This document shows, in pieces, positions 61,025-64,000 of a DNA stretch of 64,000 nucleotides. Below the pieces are notes generated by a model, which did not search any database, was not told the origin of the DNA, and saw nothing but the letters and a program-made list of their open reading frames with translations. The position numbers were made by a program, and so were the translations under genes. The stretch spans positions 520,201 to 584,200 of the forward strand of contig CAVQNN010000003.1 of NCBI GenBank assembly GCA_963714175.1, given 5' to 3'. The number at the start of each line of letters is the position of its first letter. The stretch's first letter is position 1. The DNA is from an uncultured Actinomycetes bacterium. Lineage in GTDB: Bacteria; Actinomycetota; Thermoleophilia; RBG-16-64-13.

Positions 61025-63050
61025 ATGGCGATGGATGACAAGACCAACGCTCAGCGAAAGAACGCCAGGGGTAGCCAGGCCGGCGGGCCGGGCCGGCCGC
61101 AAGGGGGGGCGCAAGGCGGCAACGACGATCGTGGGCGAAACGGCGGTCGGCGCGCCTGGCATCTCATAGCCTATGTCGTTGTGGCTCTGGTCGCCCTGTA
61201 TCTCTTCAACTACCTGCTGGGCTCCATGACCTCCCCGTCTCATGTACTCAGTTACAGCGAGTTCAAGACCAAGGTGGCCGAGAAGCAGATACTGACGGCG
61301 GTGATAGGGACAGCGCAGATCACCGGCACGATGGCCAGCACCGACCCTGAGTCCACAGAGCCGAGCGACTTCAAGACCAACTACCATCCGGACTCCGATC
61401 CTCGAGCTGGTTTCGGAGCTACAGGCGGCCGGGGTCGAGGTTGGTTTCAGCGACCCTTCCAGCCAAATCGGGGGCATCCTCATCAATCTGCTGCCTTTCG
61501 TGGTGATAGGGGTGTTGTACTACTACATCTACCGCCGCATGGCGCGCGGGGCCGGAGGCGGGATGGGCGGCATCTTCGGAGTGGGCAAGAGCAAGGCCAC
61601 CCAGGTGACCGCGGAGCAGGTGGGCGTCACCTACAAAGACGTGGGAGGCGCCGACGAGGCCATAGCCGAACTGCGCGAGATCATCCAGTTCCTGAAGACC
61701 CCCGAGCAGTTCGCCAAGCTCGGCGGGCACATCCCCAAGGGCGTGCTTCTTGGTGGGCCCTCCCGGCACCGGCAAGACCCTGCTGGCCAAGGCTACGGCC
61801 GGCGAGGCCGGGGTCTCCTTCTTCGAAAGCAGTGGTTCGGAGTTCGTGGAGATGTTCGTGGGAGTGGGCGCCGCCCGGGTGCGCGACCTCTTCGAGCAGG
61901 CCCGCAAAGCGGCGCCGGCGATCGTCTTCATCGACGAGATCGACGCCATAGGTCAGACCAGGGGAATGGGACTCGGGCCCAGTGGCGGCAATGACGAGCG
62001 TGAGCAGACGCTCAATCAACTCCTTGCCGAGATCGATGGGTTCAGTACCGACGTGGACCGGCCGGTCATCATCATGGCGGCCACCAACCGTCCCGAGGTG
62101 CTCGACAAAGCTCTGCTGCGCGCCGGCCGTTTCGACCGGCAGGTGGAGGTCGGCAACCCGGATCTCATCGGCCGCGTGCAGATACTCAAGATCCACAGCA
62201 AGGGCATCAAGCTCACCCACGATTTTGACCTGGAGCGGGCTGCCCGCATGACACCCGGCTTCAGCGGCGCCGACTTGGCGAACGCCATGAACGAGGCGGC
62301 GCTGCTCGCCGCCCGTCGCAAGGCCAGCGCGGTGGGCATCAAGGACTTCGAGGCGGCGATGGAGCGGGTGATCGCCGGGCTGGAGAAGAAGAGCCGGGTG
62401 ATGAACGAGCGCGAGCGCTCGACCGTTGCCTATCACGAGTCGGGTCACGCGCTGGTGGCAGGACTGGTCCCGCACGCCGACCCCGTGGCCAAGATCAGCA
62501 TCATCCCTCGGGCCCGCGGGGCCCTCGGATACACGCTGCAGATGCCCAGCGAAGACCGCTACATCCTCACGCGCGACGAACTGACCGACCGGGTGGCCGT
62601 CATGATGGGAGGACGGGCGGCGGAGACCATCGTGCTCGACACCATCAGCACCGGAGCCAGCGACGACATCCAGAAGGCCACCGAACTGGTCCGCCGCATG
62701 ATCACGGAGTTCGGCATGAGCGACAAGCTGGGGTCGGTGCGCTACGCGGGACCACAACTGCAGTACCTGGGCGGTGTGATGCAGGACAACAGCCAGATCA
62801 GCCCCCACACGCAGGAGACTGATCGACGCCGAGGTACAGAAGACCGTCACCGAGCAGTACGAGCGGGCCCAGGCGCTGCTCCGCGATCACCGGGTCGCGC
62901 TGGAGACCCTGGCCAAGGAGTTGCTGGAGCACGAGACTGTCGACGGGAAGGCCGTACAGGCCGCGCTTGAGGCCGACGCGGCCGGGGCCGCGAGTGCTCC
63001 GGGCGGAGGAGTCACCGCGGGCGGAGTCGCCGCGGCCGGGGCTACTCCCT
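61025..63050 (+). CDS. ftsH: ATP-dependent zinc metalloprotease FtsH; three frameshifts (~61400, ~61755, ~62815)
   Basis: TM/periplasmic N-terminus. AAA region Walker [14 protein letters not shown] (in a shifted frame) and SRH. Protease HESGHALVA zinc motif. The C-terminal tail lies in a third frame. Confidence 0.8.
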
Positions 63051-63824
63051 GACCAAGGCCGCGATGCCTCCCTGATAGTACGGTTCGGAGAATAGGACGG
63101 TCTTCGACCGCTCCTCGGTGATGGTTATGCAGGCGGCGATCATATCTACCTCACCCGCGGCCACCTTGGGCATCATCTCGTCGAAGCCCATGCTGACGAC
63201 CGTGAGAGTCTTCCCCAGCCGCCGCGCCACGTAGGTGGCGAGCTCGATGTCGAAGCCGACCACTGCCTGGTCTCCTGCTGTGAAGGAGAACGGTTCGGTG
63301 ATAGGCGCCGTGCCCACAGTGAGGACTCCGTTGCTGCCATCCAGAGGGATATCGGGCATGGCGGCCGGGCTACCCTTCGCAGGCAACCATCGGTCGAGCA
63401 TCTGTGCGTAGGTGCCATCGTCCTTGAGTTCCTGGACGACAGCATCTATCGCGGTCTTCAGCTCCTGGTTGTCCAGCGCCACCGCGATTCCATACTGGTC
63501 GACCGTGATCATGTCGTCGAGCACGACGAGGCCCTCATTCTTCGCGGCAAGGTTCCTGAGGATGGGTTCATCGTACGCGGCGGCGTCGGCCTTTCCGTCC
63601 TTGACCGCTAGACAGCAATCCAGGGCCGAATCATGGTAGGTGAACGTCGCGTCCTCGAACCTGGACAAGACCAGCTGATCGGCGATCGTCCCGCTCGGCA
63701 CGGCGAATACCTTTCCCTCCAGCTGATCCAGGCTGGTGATCGGCTGGTCCGACCCGCAGCCGCCCATCGTCGATGCTAGGATCACCACGGCCGCCGCCGC
63801 TAGGGCTAACCATCTTCTGCCCAC
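63042..63824 (-). CDS. Polar amino-acid ABC transporter substrate-binding lipoprotein (family 3)
   Basis: Lipobox LASTMGGCGS with SBP_bac_3-like body. 260 aa. Confidence 0.8.
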   Translation of the reverse strand: MGRRWLALAAAAVVILASTMGGCGSDQPITSLDQLEGKVFAVPSGTIADQLVLSRFEDATFTYHDSALDCCLAVKDGKADAAAYDEPILRNLAAKNEGLVVLDDMITVDQYGIAVALDNQELKTAIDAVVQELKDDGTYAQMLDRWLPAKGSPAAMPDIPLDGSNGVLTVGTAPITEPFSFTAGDQAVVGFDIELATYVARRLGKTLTVVSMGFDEMMPKVAAGEVDMIAACITITEERSKTVLFSEPYYQGGIAALVRE

Positions 63825-64000
63825 TTAGACCTCCCTCGCCATCGCCCGACTCCTCGTCTTGCATCAGACCTAGACTACCCATCTTCCCTCCCTTTCTCCC
63901 ATGTCGATGCGGCGTCGGGGCCTGTCGAAAGGTCTTCGTCCCTCTTTGGGAGGAAGGTCTCCATCGCGACCGAACATAACGAAAGGACAGCGCTGCGGCG

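Noticed and set aside
1-64000. tRNA/rRNA search.
   Set aside because: No GTTCGAATCC-type T-arm or rRNA-like conserved stretches were found on either strand.

Overview
High-GC (~64%) bacterial window (~55 predicted genes), probably from an anaerobe.

Why an anaerobe: it carries a tungsten-type aldehyde:ferredoxin oxidoreductase, a four-subunit pyruvate/2-oxoacid:ferredoxin oxidoreductase, a Mop-type aldehyde oxidoreductase and CCG-domain Fe-S proteins. The genes use AGGAGG-type ribosome-binding sites and frequent GTG/TTG starts.

Taxon guess: Thr-rich lipoprotein linkers suggest Chloroflexota or Actinomycetota. That is a guess from sequence style, not a search.

Central TetR-flanked island (6.0–24.9 kb): this is the most interesting part. 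It has two divergent operons and no frameshifts.
- Minus-strand operon: TRAP transporter dctPQM, tungsten aldehyde oxidoreductase, an SDR, three genes of an unrecognised small cupin-domain family, and two NTF2-like proteins.
- Plus-strand operon: a uroporphyrinogen-decarboxylase-family protein, another cupin, an SDR, a ferredoxin, an FAD flavoprotein, and a GlcD/GlcF/GlcE-like FAD-oxidase/Fe-S trio.
- The tetR gene sits between them and is flanked on both sides by clusters of a CACTACTAG motif, including a perfect palindrome. These are likely its operators.
- The cupin family has six domains in five genes across the window. Two more copies sit inside a peptide ABC transporter (dpp-like) operon at the window start.
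- I read this as a candidate uncharacterised anaerobic catabolic system.

Rest of the window:
- Complete amino-acid ABC transporter (substrate-binding protein, permease, ATPase), each gene reading full length, and a second UroD-family gene (decayed).
- SCP-x thiolase plus DUF35 partner, enoyl-CoA hydratase, acyl-CoA dehydrogenase, and an OYE-type enoate reductase.
- porGDAB oxidoreductase, nitroreductase, and Ku–LigD end-joining genes.
- STAS protein plus a PAS–PP2C phosphatase.
- glpK, mntP, an alpha/beta hydrolase, a ZIP transporter, ftsH, and a tandem pair of ~90%-identical Mop-type aldehyde oxidoreductase genes.

Frameshifts:
- Many genes outside the central island carry single-nucleotide frameshifts. 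The ones I resolved are +1 insertions.
- ftsH alone has three. Both mop copies, a GltD/CCG Fe-S flavoprotein, the dpp-like substrate-binding protein, a threonine-dehydratase-like gene and the second UroD are hit many times each.
- Because an essential gene is affected, assembly indel errors are the most likely cause. Real gene decay cannot be excluded from sequence alone.

No rRNA, tRNA or CRISPR array was detected.
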